From contig JAYPOZ010000011.1 of NCBI GenBank assembly GCA_038131165.1, positions 4,121-68,120 on the forward strand: a DNA stretch of 64,000 nt, given 5' to 3'. The notes under the pieces were generated by a model. The model ran no database searches, was not told the DNA's origin, and worked only from the letters and a program-made list of their open reading frames with translations. The position numbers and the translations under genes were made by a program. The DNA is from Rickettsiales bacterium. Its GTDB lineage: Bacteria; Pseudomonadota; Alphaproteobacteria; UBA8366. This document shows positions 44,511 to 53,961 of the stretch, piece by piece. Each line of letters opens with the position of its first letter. Positions within the stretch are counted from its first letter, which is position 1.

Positions 44511-45026
44511 ATGAACGACATCGCATTTCCGAAACCGTCGATGACGGCGGGAGACATCGCCAAGGATCAGATCGCGGCGACCAAGAACGACGAGGTGACC
44601 CTTTTCAGCCTGAAGGCCCAGATGCTGGACCAGGGACGCACCGACACGGTGCTGGCGGCGACGGACGATCTTTCCGTGCGCCTCAAGGTCTACGCGTCGG
44701 GCGGCGAGAACGGCCTGCACGCCCATATCGACGAGGACCACGTCTTCGTCATCCTGCAGGGCAGCGCCCGTTTCTTCGGGCCGGACGACGAAGAGGTCGA
44801 TCTCGGCGCCAATCAGGGCATCATGATGCCGAAGGGCATGCTCTACCGCTTTTACGCGACCAGCGAGGACGAGTGCCTGGTCATGCTGCGGATCGGCACG
44901 CCGAACTTCCAGAAGCAGGCGAAGGAAGACCGCGTCGACCGGGACGGCAATCCAATGGGCGGTGATTCCGAAGCCAACAAGACGGTGCCGGTGGTGTTCA
45001 AGGACGGCGTCTTCTTCGGGCAGTAA
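44511..45026 (+). CDS. cupin-domain protein
   Basis: 171-aa ORF with an AGGTAGGAGAA RBS. Motifs GENGLHAHIDEDHVFVILQG and MMPKGMLYRF fit the cupin 1/2 motif pattern. Confidence 0.6.
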   Translation: MNDIAFPKPSMTAGDIAKDQIAATKNDEVTLFSLKAQMLDQGRTDTVLAATDDLSVRLKVYASGGENGLHAHIDEDHVFVILQGSARFFGPDDEEVDLGANQGIMMPKGMLYRFYATSEDECLVMLRIGTPNFQKQAKEDRVDRDGNPMGGDSEANKTVPVVFKDGVFFGQ

Positions 45027-45148
45027 GCGCCGTTTTCCGGCGGGCGCAGAGAGATGTGGGAGCCGCTTCGGGCGCGCATTCGCCGGATTGAGCCGGCTCC
45101 CCGATAACGCGGCCGCGCGTCCGGGAAGCAGAACAGGAGTAGCGAGCC

Positions 45149-45916
45149 ATGGCAAGACGGCTTGACGGCAAAGTGGCGTTGGTCACGGGCGGGGCTTCCG
45201 GCATCGGCGCGGAGACGGCGCGGGTCTACGCGCGCGAAGGCGCGAAGGTCGCCATCGCCGACGTCAACGACAATGCGGGCCATGCCGTCGTGCAGGAGAT
45301 CGGCGACGCCGCGCTCTACGCCCATCTCGATACCCGCTCCGAGGAGGAGTGGCAGGCGGTCGTCAAACGGGTGGTCGACGCCTACGGGCGTCTCGACATT
45401 CTCGTCAACGCCGCCGGCGTCTCCGGCCGCCGTCCCGACGGCACCACCGCGCCGAATATCGAGGAGCAGGACCTGGAGGACTGGAACCGGGTGATGGACG
45501 TCAATTCGACCGGCATCTTCCTCGGCATGAAAACGGCCATTCCGGAGATGCGGAAGGCGGGCGGCGGGTCGATCGTCAACATCTCGTCGATCTACGGGCT
45601 CGTCGGCTCGGCTCACAACGCCGCCTATCACGCCTCCAAGGGCGCGGTTCGCCTCGCCACCAAATCGGCGGCGCTGCAATACGCAACCGAGAATATCCGC
45701 GTGAACTCGGTCCATCCGGGCTTCGTCACCTCGCCGATGACCCAGAGCGTCCACGACGACCCGGAACTGTCGGCCCCCCGTCTCGCCAAGACCCCGATGG
45801 GCCGCTACGGCCAGCCCGTCGACATCGCCAACGGCTGTCTGTTCCTCGCCAGCGACGAATCCGGCTGGATGACGGGTGCCGAGCTGGTGATCGACGGCGG
45901 CATGACGGCGGGGTAG
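45149..45916 (+). CDS. short-chain dehydrogenase/reductase (SDR), tandem copy 1
   Basis: 255-aa ORF. Motifs TGGASGIG and NAAG, with the YHASK catalytic pair. Confidence 0.85.
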   Translation: MARRLDGKVALVTGGASGIGAETARVYAREGAKVAIADVNDNAGHAVVQEIGDAALYAHLDTRSEEEWQAVVKRVVDAYGRLDILVNAAGVSGRRPDGTTAPNIEEQDLEDWNRVMDVNSTGIFLGMKTAIPEMRKAGGGSIVNISSIYGLVGSAHNAAYHASKGAVRLATKSAALQYATENIRVNSVHPGFVTSPMTQSVHDDPELSAPRLAKTPMGRYGQPVDIANGCLFLASDESGWMTGAELVIDGGMTAG

Positions 45917-46052
45917 GCGGCGATTTCGCCACTTGCTTGGGGGTACGCCCGATCACCGCGACCCGAAAGAGCGCAGAACCGTCTCGGGCGATTTAATCAG
46001 ACCGCGGACATCGTCTTCGCGTGTCCGGGGAACCAAACAGGAGAACGAAACC

Positions 46053-46817
46053 ATGGCGGGACGGCTTGACGGCAAGGTGGCGTTGGTGACCGGCGGCGCC
46101 TCGGGCATTGGGGCGGAGACGGCGCGAGTCTTCGCGCGCGAAGGCGCCAAGGTTGCCGTGACGGACGTCGACGACACCAAGGGTGGCACCGTCGCGCGGG
46201 AGATCGGTGCCGCCGCCTTCTACGCTCATCTCGATACCCGCAGCGAGGAAGAGTGGCAGGCCGTGGTCAAACGGGCCGTCGACACCTACGGCCGCCTCGA
46301 CATCTTGGTGAACGCCGCCGGCGTGCCGGGCCGCCGTTCAGACGGCGGCTCCACCATGATCGACGAACAGGATCTCGCGAATTGGAACCGGGTGATGGAT
46401 GTAAATTCCACCGGCATCTTCCTCGGCATGAAGACCGCGATCCCCGAGATGCGGAAGGCGGGCGGCGGGTCGATCGTCAACATCTCGTCGATTTACGGTC
46501 TCGTCGGCTCGCCCCACAGCGCGGCCTATCACGCTTCCAAGGGCTCGGTGCGTCTGGCGACGAAAGCGGCGGCATTGCAATATGCGGCGGAGAACATCCG
46601 GGTGAATTCGGTCCATCCCGGCATGGTGACCACGGGGATGAACCGGGACGTCAACGAAGATCCCGTCCTCTCGATCCCCCGCCTCGCCAAGACCCCCATG
46701 GGGCGCTTCGGCCAGCCCATCGACATCGCCAATGGATGCCTGTTCCTCGCCAGCGACGAATCCGGCTGGATGACGGGCGCCGAGTTGGTGATCGACGGCG
46801 GGTACACGGTGGGGTAG
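46053..46817 (+). CDS. short-chain dehydrogenase/reductase (SDR), tandem copy 2
   Basis: ORF 45933..46817 trimmed to ATG 46053. Nearly collinear with copy 1 (the same MAxRLDGKVALVTGGASGIGAETARV start and the same C-terminal CLFLASDESGWMTGAELVIDGG). Confidence 0.85.
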   Translation: MAGRLDGKVALVTGGASGIGAETARVFAREGAKVAVTDVDDTKGGTVAREIGAAAFYAHLDTRSEEEWQAVVKRAVDTYGRLDILVNAAGVPGRRSDGGSTMIDEQDLANWNRVMDVNSTGIFLGMKTAIPEMRKAGGGSIVNISSIYGLVGSPHSAAYHASKGSVRLATKAAALQYAAENIRVNSVHPGMVTTGMNRDVNEDPVLSIPRLAKTPMGRFGQPIDIANGCLFLASDESGWMTGAELVIDGGYTVG

Positions 46818-46856
46818 GCGCGGTTCGCGGTCACTGTTGCGGGACGGGGAAAAGGC

Positions 46857-47345
46857 ATGTCGAAAACGGGACCCTATGTGGATTGGTGGCATGCAGATCC
46901 GACGAATGCTTTGGTCTCCGAGCCCCTCGGACGCCTTCTCGCACTCTGGGAAAGCAAGCGCCGTGGTGGCGCCCTGCCGTCCCGCGCCGACTTCACGGTC
47001 GAAGAGTTCCTCGGCTTCGGCGGCAGGGTCGCGCTGATCGTTGTCGAGCGGAAACCGTTGCGGTTTCGCTATCGTCTGGTGGGTACCAGAAACGTGGAGG
47101 CGCTTGGGCGCGACTCCACCGGACGGTATTTCGATGAACTCTACGCGCCGGATTATTACCGTCACATCGAGGCGCACTTCTCGAGCATCATCGTGGACCG
47201 TGCGCCGCTGAGGACGACGGGGAACATGGCGCACATTTACAAGCCCTACGTCGCTGTGGAGGGAATCAACATTCCACTGGCGAGCGACGGGGTCACCGTC
47301 GACATGTTCATCCGGGCGCTGGATTTCGATTACCGCGGGGAGTGA
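46857..47345 (+). CDS. stand-alone PAS-like domain protein (resembles alphaproteobacterial PAS_5 proteins)
   Basis: 162-aa ORF. The pattern LLALWESKRRGGALPSRADF ... RYRLVGT is what I recall for that family. Low certainty. Confidence 0.45.
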   Translation: MSKTGPYVDWWHADPTNALVSEPLGRLLALWESKRRGGALPSRADFTVEEFLGFGGRVALIVVERKPLRFRYRLVGTRNVEALGRDSTGRYFDELYAPDYYRHIEAHFSSIIVDRAPLRTTGNMAHIYKPYVAVEGINIPLASDGVTVDMFIRALDFDYRGE

Positions 47346-47444
47346 TGCGCCCGCCGGGAAGACGCCCCGCGCGACCAGGACGAGAGTGCCTTCGCCTTGA
47401 CGGCGAGACGGCCGATCAATCCGGAGGTGCAGTGCGGCCGGCTG

Positions 47445-48299
47445 TTACGCCGCCAGCGCTTCGCCCTCGATGGTGATGCGGTGCATCAAGCGGCGCGCGC
47501 CGTGATAGTCGTTGACCGCATAATGCCAGGTCGCGCGGTTGTCCCAAAAGGCGACGGAGCCGGGCGCCCACTGGAAGCGGTAGGTGTGCTCCGGCTTGGC
47601 GATGTGATCGTAGATAATTTTCAGGAACGGTTCCGCTTCCTTGTCGTCCCATCCCTCGATGCCGACGGTGAAACCGGGGTTTACGTAAATCGACGCGCGG
47701 CCGCTGATCGGATGGCGGATGACCAGGGGGTGGACTGAATCCTGGGTCGCCGCTTCGTTATTGCCAAGCCGACCCGCCGTATCCTCGCCCTTCTGCACGT
47801 AGCGCGCCTGCGGTCCGAAGACTTGGCGGCTCGAATGCACGCCGTTGAGGCCTTTCAAAATCGACCTGAAGCCGTCGGAAAGCGTCTCGTAGGCCCGGGT
47901 GGTACTGGCGTACATGGTGTCGCCGCCAAACTCCGGCGTCTCCCGTGCCACCAGGATCGAGCCCATCGCCGGCTCTGTATCGTAGGTGTGGTCGGTGTGC
48001 CAGCCACCGCCGATATTCTTTTTCTGATTCGGCTCTTTCAGCACCTGGGCAATCTTTTCGTAGCCGTCGACATGAGCGAAGAATCGATTCACGTTGATCG
48101 GGCCGAACTTCTCGGCGAAATCGATGTGACCCTCCGGCGAGAGTTCTTGATCCCGGAAGAACAGCACGCCGTGCTCGCCGATGGCGCTCCGCAAGGTTCC
48201 GACGACATTGTCGGAAAGGTCCCGGGCCAGGTCTATGCCTTCGACGAAGGCGCCGACGCCTCCGCCCGATGGCCGAATGGTGATGTCCTTGGCGCTCAT
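47445..48299 (-). CDS. TauD/TfdA-family Fe(II)/2-oxoglutarate dioxygenase
   Basis: ORF 47445..48338 trimmed to ATG 48299 (GGAGAC RBS). Motifs GGGWHTDHTY (HxD), FGGDTMYAS and WDNRATWHYA. Confidence 0.8.
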   Translation of the reverse strand: MSAKDITIRPSGGGVGAFVEGIDLARDLSDNVVGTLRSAIGEHGVLFFRDQELSPEGHIDFAEKFGPINVNRFFAHVDGYEKIAQVLKEPNQKKNIGGGWHTDHTYDTEPAMGSILVARETPEFGGDTMYASTTRAYETLSDGFRSILKGLNGVHSSRQVFGPQARYVQKGEDTAGRLGNNEAATQDSVHPLVIRHPISGRASIYVNPGFTVGIEGWDDKEAEPFLKIIYDHIAKPEHTYRFQWAPGSVAFWDNRATWHYAVNDYHGARRLMHRITIEGEALAA

Positions 48300-48399
48300 T
48301 GAATAGTCTCCGCTTGTCCCGGGCTCGGAAGCCCACACTTGAATTCACATCGTAAATCTATGCGCCAAAAGCCAACGGAGCAATGCGGAGAGGAAGACG

Positions 48400-49683
48400 A
48401 TGCCGGAACTATGGGAAATATCGGCGAGCGAGATCGCCCGAAAAATCGAGGCGGGCGAGACCACTTGCGAGGCGGTGACCGCGGCTTGCCTCGAGCGTAT
48501 CGCCGCCCGCGAGCCGCAGGTCGAGGCCTGGATATATCTCGACCGCGGCAAGGCGATGGCGGATGCGCGGGTCATCGATGCAGGGCCGACCGGTGGTCTG
48601 GTGCGCGGCGTGCCGATCGGCGTGAAGGACATCATCGATACGAAGGATATGCCGACCGGGCACGGCACGGTCATCCATGCTCAGAACCATCCCGGCTACG
48701 ACGCGCCCTGCATCGCGCAGTGCCGTGCCGAGGGCGGTCTCATTCTCGGCAAAACAGTGACGTCCGAATTCGCTCACATGACGCCCGGCAAGACCCGGAA
48801 TCCCCACAACCCGGCGCATTCCCCTGCAGGCTCCTCTAGTGGTTCCGGGGCGGCGGTCGCCGATTTCATGGTCCCTGTCGCATATGGGACGCAAACCGGA
48901 GGCTCCATCGTCCGTCCCGCCGCCTTCAACGGCTGCATCGGCTACAAGCCGAGCTATGGCGATTACAACCCGCTCGGCGTGCATGACAACACGCGCAGCG
49001 TCGACACGCTCGGCATGCTCAGCCGGACGATGGAGGACCAGGCGCTGATGCGCGCAGTGACCATGGGACTGCCCTATCGAAAGATAGTCCCGCCGCCGCT
49101 CCGTGATCTCAAGATCGGCTTCTGCAGAACACCTCATTGGGAGCAGGCCGATGCCGCGACGCAAGCACATGTCGAAGCGGCGGCTCAGCGGCTCGCGGAA
49201 TTAGGAGCGGACGTTTCGGACTTTGAACTGCCGGCGGGATTTGCCGCGCACGAGAAGGCGTTCGACACCGTGAGCGCGTTCGAATTCTCGCGCGCGCTGG
49301 CCTACGAATGGCACAATCATCGAGAGCTGTTGAGCGAGCGGGTGAAGGAAGGGCGGCTCAAGCTCGGCTGGAGCCTGACCTACGACGCCTATCGCGCGGG
49401 TCTGGCGGCATTGAAAGACTACCGGATTCGGTTCAATTCCGACTTCGAGGAATTCGACCTGCTGATCACGCCGAGCGCCAACGGCGAGGCTCCGGCGGAC
49501 CTCACCACCATTGGCCAAGCCCATTTTAACCGGGTATGGACAGCGCTGCACGTGCCCTGCATCAGCTTGCCGCTCTTCACAGGGCCACAGGGACTGCCGA
49601 TCGGCCTGCAGCTCATCGGGCAATTGGGCGGCGACGAGCGGTTTCTGGATGCGGCGGATGCGGTATTTCGCGCGCTTGGCTAG
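48400..49683 (+). CDS. amidase-signature (GatA-like) amidase
   Basis: 427-aa ORF with a GGAGAGGAAG RBS. Motifs GVKDIIDT and GSSSGSGAAVA. Confidence 0.85.
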   Translation: MPELWEISASEIARKIEAGETTCEAVTAACLERIAAREPQVEAWIYLDRGKAMADARVIDAGPTGGLVRGVPIGVKDIIDTKDMPTGHGTVIHAQNHPGYDAPCIAQCRAEGGLILGKTVTSEFAHMTPGKTRNPHNPAHSPAGSSSGSGAAVADFMVPVAYGTQTGGSIVRPAAFNGCIGYKPSYGDYNPLGVHDNTRSVDTLGMLSRTMEDQALMRAVTMGLPYRKIVPPPLRDLKIGFCRTPHWEQADAATQAHVEAAAQRLAELGADVSDFELPAGFAAHEKAFDTVSAFEFSRALAYEWHNHRELLSERVKEGRLKLGWSLTYDAYRAGLAALKDYRIRFNSDFEEFDLLITPSANGEAPADLTTIGQAHFNRVWTALHVPCISLPLFTGPQGLPIGLQLIGQLGGDERFLDAADAVFRALG

Positions 49684-49731
49684 AAGCCGACTCGTGGCTT
49701 AATAAGGAAAATCCATTTCGGGAGACTAAGC

Positions 49732-50412
49732 ATGGCAACCCTGGCACAGGTGAAGAAAAGGGATTGGACGCTCCATCCGGCGGCTTCGACCACGCAGCCG
49801 CTGGTCCCGCTGACTCAGACCCTTTCGGAGCTGACTGGTCCGGTCTTCGGCCACAACGCCGTGAAGAAGATCGAAGCGGATCTGACGAAGAACGCCGCCA
49901 AGAAGGGCAAGGAAGCGATCGGCGAGCGCTTGATCATCACCGGGCGCGTCACCGACGAAGCCGACCGGCCCATTGCCAACTCTCTGGTCGAGATTTGGCA
50001 GACCAACGCGGCCGGGCTCTATGGTCACAAGGGCGATCAGCATGACGCGCCCGTCGACCCCAATTTCTTCGGTACCGGACGCTGCGTGACCGATAAGGAT
50101 GGCCGTTACAGATTCGTGACGATCCGTCCCGGCGCTTATCCGATTACCCGTCTCGGCAATCGTTGGCGGCCGGCGCATATTCATTATTCGATCACCGGCG
50201 GCAGTTTCGCCCAACGGCTCGTCACGCAATGCTATTTCCCGGGCGACCCTCTTCAGGCCGACGATTTCGTTTTCCAGGCCGTCACCAACAAGGCGGCACG
50301 GGAACGCCTGATCGTCAAATATTCGCCGGAATTCACGAAGAAGGGCTTCGCGGTGGGGTATGAGTTCGACATTGTCCTGCGCGGACGTAACGCCACTCCG
50401 ATGGAGCGTTGA
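49732..50412 (+). CDS. pcaH: protocatechuate 3,4-dioxygenase beta subunit
   Basis: 226-aa ORF. Motifs VEIWQTNAAGLYGH, GRCVTDKDGRYRF, WRPAHIHYS and FDIVLRG align with the PcaH iron ligands (Y, Y, H, H). Confidence 0.9.
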   Translation: MATLAQVKKRDWTLHPAASTTQPLVPLTQTLSELTGPVFGHNAVKKIEADLTKNAAKKGKEAIGERLIITGRVTDEADRPIANSLVEIWQTNAAGLYGHKGDQHDAPVDPNFFGTGRCVTDKDGRYRFVTIRPGAYPITRLGNRWRPAHIHYSITGGSFAQRLVTQCYFPGDPLQADDFVFQAVTNKAARERLIVKYSPEFTKKGFAVGYEFDIVLRGRNATPMER

Positions 50413-50413
50413 G

Positions 50414-51010
50414 ATGAAGAAACAGACCGCCTCCAACACCATCGGTCCGTTCTTCCATCATGTCATCACGCCGGAAGATCATGGCCGCAAGGGGATCGCC
50501 GACAATAAGCTGGCGGCGAAGAAGACCAAGGGCGAGCGTATTCGCGTCGAAGGCCGGATTCTCGATGGCGATGGCAAGCCCTTGCGTGCCGCGATGCTGG
50601 AAATATGGCAGGCCAATGCCGCGGGCCGCTACAACGCGCCGGGAGACGGCCGCAGCGAAATCAAACTCGATAAGAGTTTTACCGGGTTTGGCCGGGTATC
50701 CGCCGGCAATAAAGGCAAATTCGAATTCGAAACAATTAAGCCTGGCGCCGTTCCAAGCGGCGGGAACGCACCGCAGGCGCCGCATATCAATTTGACGCTG
50801 TTCGCGGCGGCGATCCATTCGCACCTCTTCACCCGGCTTTATTTCGCTGACGAGACAGAGGCCAACGAGATCGATCCCGTTCTGTCGTCGGTGGACGATG
50901 CGCGCCGCGGCACCCTGATTGCCCGGCGGAAAGATACCAAGAAGGGGCCCGTATATACTTTCGATGTCCGGCTAGGCGGCGACGGAGAGACGGTTTTCTT
51001 CGACGTCTAG
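50414..51010 (+). CDS. pcaG: protocatechuate 3,4-dioxygenase alpha subunit
   Basis: ORF 50360..51010 from ATG 50414, 1 nt after the pcaH stop. Motifs IGPFFH, LEIWQANAAGRY, APHINLTLFA, TRLYFADE and GDGETVFFDV. Confidence 0.9.
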   Translation: MKKQTASNTIGPFFHHVITPEDHGRKGIADNKLAAKKTKGERIRVEGRILDGDGKPLRAAMLEIWQANAAGRYNAPGDGRSEIKLDKSFTGFGRVSAGNKGKFEFETIKPGAVPSGGNAPQAPHINLTLFAAAIHSHLFTRLYFADETEANEIDPVLSSVDDARRGTLIARRKDTKKGPVYTFDVRLGGDGETVFFDV

Positions 51011-51032
51011 AGCGCCGGCTTCGGGGCGGTGC

Positions 51033-51716
51033 CTACGCCGCCCGTCCTCGTTTCTTATGTGGGCCTGTCGACCCATGTGTCAGCGCGCCCTCGAGAAAGT
51101 CCCATCTCTGCCGTAGGGCGTCGGGCGAGACCATTGCGTGATCGTCGTCGAGCCACTCGACCGGGAAGCTTTTTCCCAGGATTTCCACGGCTTCCGTCGC
51201 CGTCTCGTCGATAAAGGGGTCGTTTCGGCCGAATTGAAGAAGACACGGACATTTAATAAATTTCGATATCGTAATTATATCGAGAGGCCGCATTTCCGAT
51301 ATGCGCGCCCATTCCGCTTCGCCCGCCAGTGATTGGCGGAACTTTTGGGCGGACGGCGCGTTGCTTTCTCGGCGGTAGCGACTGATTTCCGGAATGGCGC
51401 CGACCAACGCCATGGCATCGATCGCCAATCCGCGTGCTGCCGCCCACGCCAACTGTCCGCCGCCGTTGTTGCGCCCGATCGCCGCGATGCGCGCCGCGGG
51501 GGCGTCCGCCCTGATTTTGTCGATTGTCCGGCTGACGATATCGCCTACGGCATCGAAATGCGCCCAACGGGCATCGATGGGGTGGCCGCTAAAGGGCGGC
51601 AAGGTCGGTTCCTGGACCGAAAACCCTCGTCTCAAGGCTTCAGCGGTGTCTTCGGCGAAACCGAGCGAGTCGGCACCCTGTATCAGGATCGCGTGGCGGG
51701 GATTGTTACCTGTCAT
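51033..51716 (-). CDS. alpha/beta-hydrolase-fold-like protein with a non-canonical nucleophile position
   Basis: ORF 51033..51752, with the start ambiguous (51716 or 51752). Shows a dienelactone-hydrolase-like layout. The expected GxSxG elbow reads IGRNNGG. Confidence 0.4.
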   Translation of the reverse strand: MTGNNPRHAILIQGADSLGFAEDTAEALRRGFSVQEPTLPPFSGHPIDARWAHFDAVGDIVSRTIDKIRADAPAARIAAIGRNNGGGQLAWAAARGLAIDAMALVGAIPEISRYRRESNAPSAQKFRQSLAGEAEWARISEMRPLDIITISKFIKCPCLLQFGRNDPFIDETATEAVEILGKSFPVEWLDDDHAMVSPDALRQRWDFLEGALTHGSTGPHKKRGRAA

Positions 51717-51803
51717 GAAGCTTCTATGCTCTCTTGCAAGCAATGCCGTCAATGCAGTGTCCGTCAGTCTAGAGTAAACGGGCGCTTTCAGGGAGAGGAT
51801 CAG

Positions 51804-52682
51804 ATGAAAAATCGCATGGTCGGGGATTTACAGATTTCGCGCGTGCACGAGTTGTTTCTGCGCGTGCCGACGGGGGACTTCTTTCCGGATACGACCCCGG
51901 AAGATTGGGCGCCTCACAAGGACTGGCTGATCGCCGAGAAGGCGCTGGATCCGGCGGGCGACAATATCGTGCTCCCGGTTCAGAGTTATGTCGTGCGCAC
52001 CTCGCACCATAATATCCTGATCGACACCTGCGTTGGAAACGACAAGAACCGGCCGCACCGGGAAGGCTGGCATTTGAAGAGCGACGATACCTATATGACC
52101 AGCCTCGCCGCCGCCGGGCTGAAGCCCGAAGACATCGACTATGTGATGTGTACGCACTTGCATCACGATCACGTCGGCTGGAACACCAAATTGGTGGACG
52201 GCCGTTGGGTCCCGACCTTTCCGAACGCCAAATATCTGATGTCTAAGAAAGAATTAGAAATCTTTAAAGCCCAGGAAGATCCGGCGGCATCGCTTTCCCT
52301 GATCGACAGCGTGCTGCCGGTGGTCGAGTCCGGACAAGCGGAACTGATTGCCAGCGATTATGCCCTCGACGACGAAGTCTGGTTGGAGCCGACGCCCGGC
52401 CACACGCCGGACCATTTCGCGGTGCGCCTGGCGTCCAAGGGAACCGGCGCGGTGGTCGGCGGCGATTTGATGCATTGCCCCGTGCAATGCGCTCATCCGG
52501 AATGGCGTGCCCGGCCCGATTTCGATCCGAAACAGGCTCAGGACACGCGGCGCAAATTCATGGAAAGCTATGCGGAGACCGATACGCTGGTGTGCATGAT
52601 GCACTTCCCGCTGCCGTCCTGCGGCGGTTTCAAACCTCAGGAAAAAGGCTTCCGTTTCACTTACGATACGCAGGATTGGTGA
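51804..52682 (+). CDS. MBL-fold metallo-hydrolase (lactonase-like)
   Basis: The last 292 codons of ORF 51333..52682, from ATG 51804 (GGGAGAGGA RBS). Motifs CTHLHHDHVGWN and PTPGHTPDH. Confidence 0.8.
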   Translation: MKNRMVGDLQISRVHELFLRVPTGDFFPDTTPEDWAPHKDWLIAEKALDPAGDNIVLPVQSYVVRTSHHNILIDTCVGNDKNRPHREGWHLKSDDTYMTSLAAAGLKPEDIDYVMCTHLHHDHVGWNTKLVDGRWVPTFPNAKYLMSKKELEIFKAQEDPAASLSLIDSVLPVVESGQAELIASDYALDDEVWLEPTPGHTPDHFAVRLASKGTGAVVGGDLMHCPVQCAHPEWRARPDFDPKQAQDTRRKFMESYAETDTLVCMMHFPLPSCGGFKPQEKGFRFTYDTQDW

Positions 52683-52686
52683 GGGG

Positions 52687-53961
52687 CTAGAGCCGCTCGT
52701 CGATGAGGTGAAAGGCCCGCGCACCGGCTTCGATGGCGAGGCCCCGCAGGGCGGCGAACGGCTCCTTTGGATTCGGCGTGAAGGGGAAGGGGAGTTCGGC
52801 GGCATCCCCGCTCAGGAAATAACGCGCGATAGCGCGGCCGAAGACCGTGCCGGGGCCGATGCCGCGGCCGTTATAACCATAGAGGGATAGCCCGTTGGGG
52901 CCGATTTCCACCAACCGCGGCAGGTGATCCAGGGTCATTGCGATCCGGCCATACCAAGCCTGTTCCCAGGCGTCTTCCGCGATCTGCGGGAAGACCGTCT
53001 TCAAACTGCGCGCGGCCCAGCGTTGGTGGAGCCCTCCGCCGCCGTCGAGCTTCCCGATGCTGCCGTAAATCAGCCGCCCTTCCGCATCCAGCCGAAAAGA
53101 CTTCAAGACCGGATGCGTGTCCCAAGCGCCGTGTTTCTCCGGCAGGATTTCCGCCAAGATATTATGGCTCAAGGGCTTTGTTGCGCATTGAAAATAAAAA
53201 TAGGGCACGGTTCGCCGCCGCGTTTCCTCCGAATCCTGCCCATAGCCGCCGGTCGCAACGAGCAGACGCTCCGCGACCAGCGCGCCTTCGGGCGTCTCGA
53301 CCCGCCAGGCATCGCCAAGACGCCGGATCGAGCGCGCCGGAGATTGCGTGAACAAGCGGGCGCCCGCCTGCACGGCGGCCTGGGCGAGGCCCCGGACATA
53401 GGCAAGCGGCTGAATGGTGCCGGCGCGGTGGTCGAGCAGCGCCCCATGATAGGCCTTGGTGCCGGTTTTCGCCGCCGCCGCCGCGGCATCCAGCAGTTCG
53501 ACCGGGGCACCGCGCTTGGCCCATTCTTCGGTTCGGGCAGCCAGATCGGCAAATCCTCGCTTAGAGTGGGCCATGTGCAGATTGCCGTTCCGAATGGCCT
53601 CGCACGCGATCCTGTGTTTTGCGATGAGGTCGAAGACGACCGAGGGGGCCTCGCCCAAATCCGAGATCATGCGTTCGGCCGCCTCGGATCCCAATCTTCG
53701 GATCATCTCCGGAAGCGGCAGCCAGAAACCCGGATTGACGAGCCCCGCATTGCGACCGGAGCCGCCGAAGCCGATTTCGTTGGCTTCCACCAGGGCGACT
53801 GTCGTGCCCGCCTCGGCCAGATGCAGGGCCGCTGAGATTCCGGTGAAGCCGCCGCCGACAACGGCGACGTCGGTCCGTACTTCCTCGGCCAATTTTCCCG
53901 CACCCGGCGGTGCCGGTGCAGTGGCGGCCCAGAGGCCGTGGCTCTGCGGTTGCAGGTCCAT
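52687..53961 (-). CDS. FAD-dependent oxidoreductase (DAO family, amine/amino-acid oxidase-like)
   Basis: 424-aa ORF. Motifs DVAVVGGGFTGISAALHLAEAG and GGSGRNAG. Its ATG directly abuts the stop of the upstream TauD gene. Confidence 0.8.
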   Translation of the reverse strand: MDLQPQSHGLWAATAPAPPGAGKLAEEVRTDVAVVGGGFTGISAALHLAEAGTTVALVEANEIGFGGSGRNAGLVNPGFWLPLPEMIRRLGSEAAERMISDLGEAPSVVFDLIAKHRIACEAIRNGNLHMAHSKRGFADLAARTEEWAKRGAPVELLDAAAAAAKTGTKAYHGALLDHRAGTIQPLAYVRGLAQAAVQAGARLFTQSPARSIRRLGDAWRVETPEGALVAERLLVATGGYGQDSEETRRRTVPYFYFQCATKPLSHNILAEILPEKHGAWDTHPVLKSFRLDAEGRLIYGSIGKLDGGGGLHQRWAARSLKTVFPQIAEDAWEQAWYGRIAMTLDHLPRLVEIGPNGLSLYGYNGRGIGPGTVFGRAIARYFLSGDAAELPFPFTPNPKEPFAALRGLAIEAGARAFHLIDERL

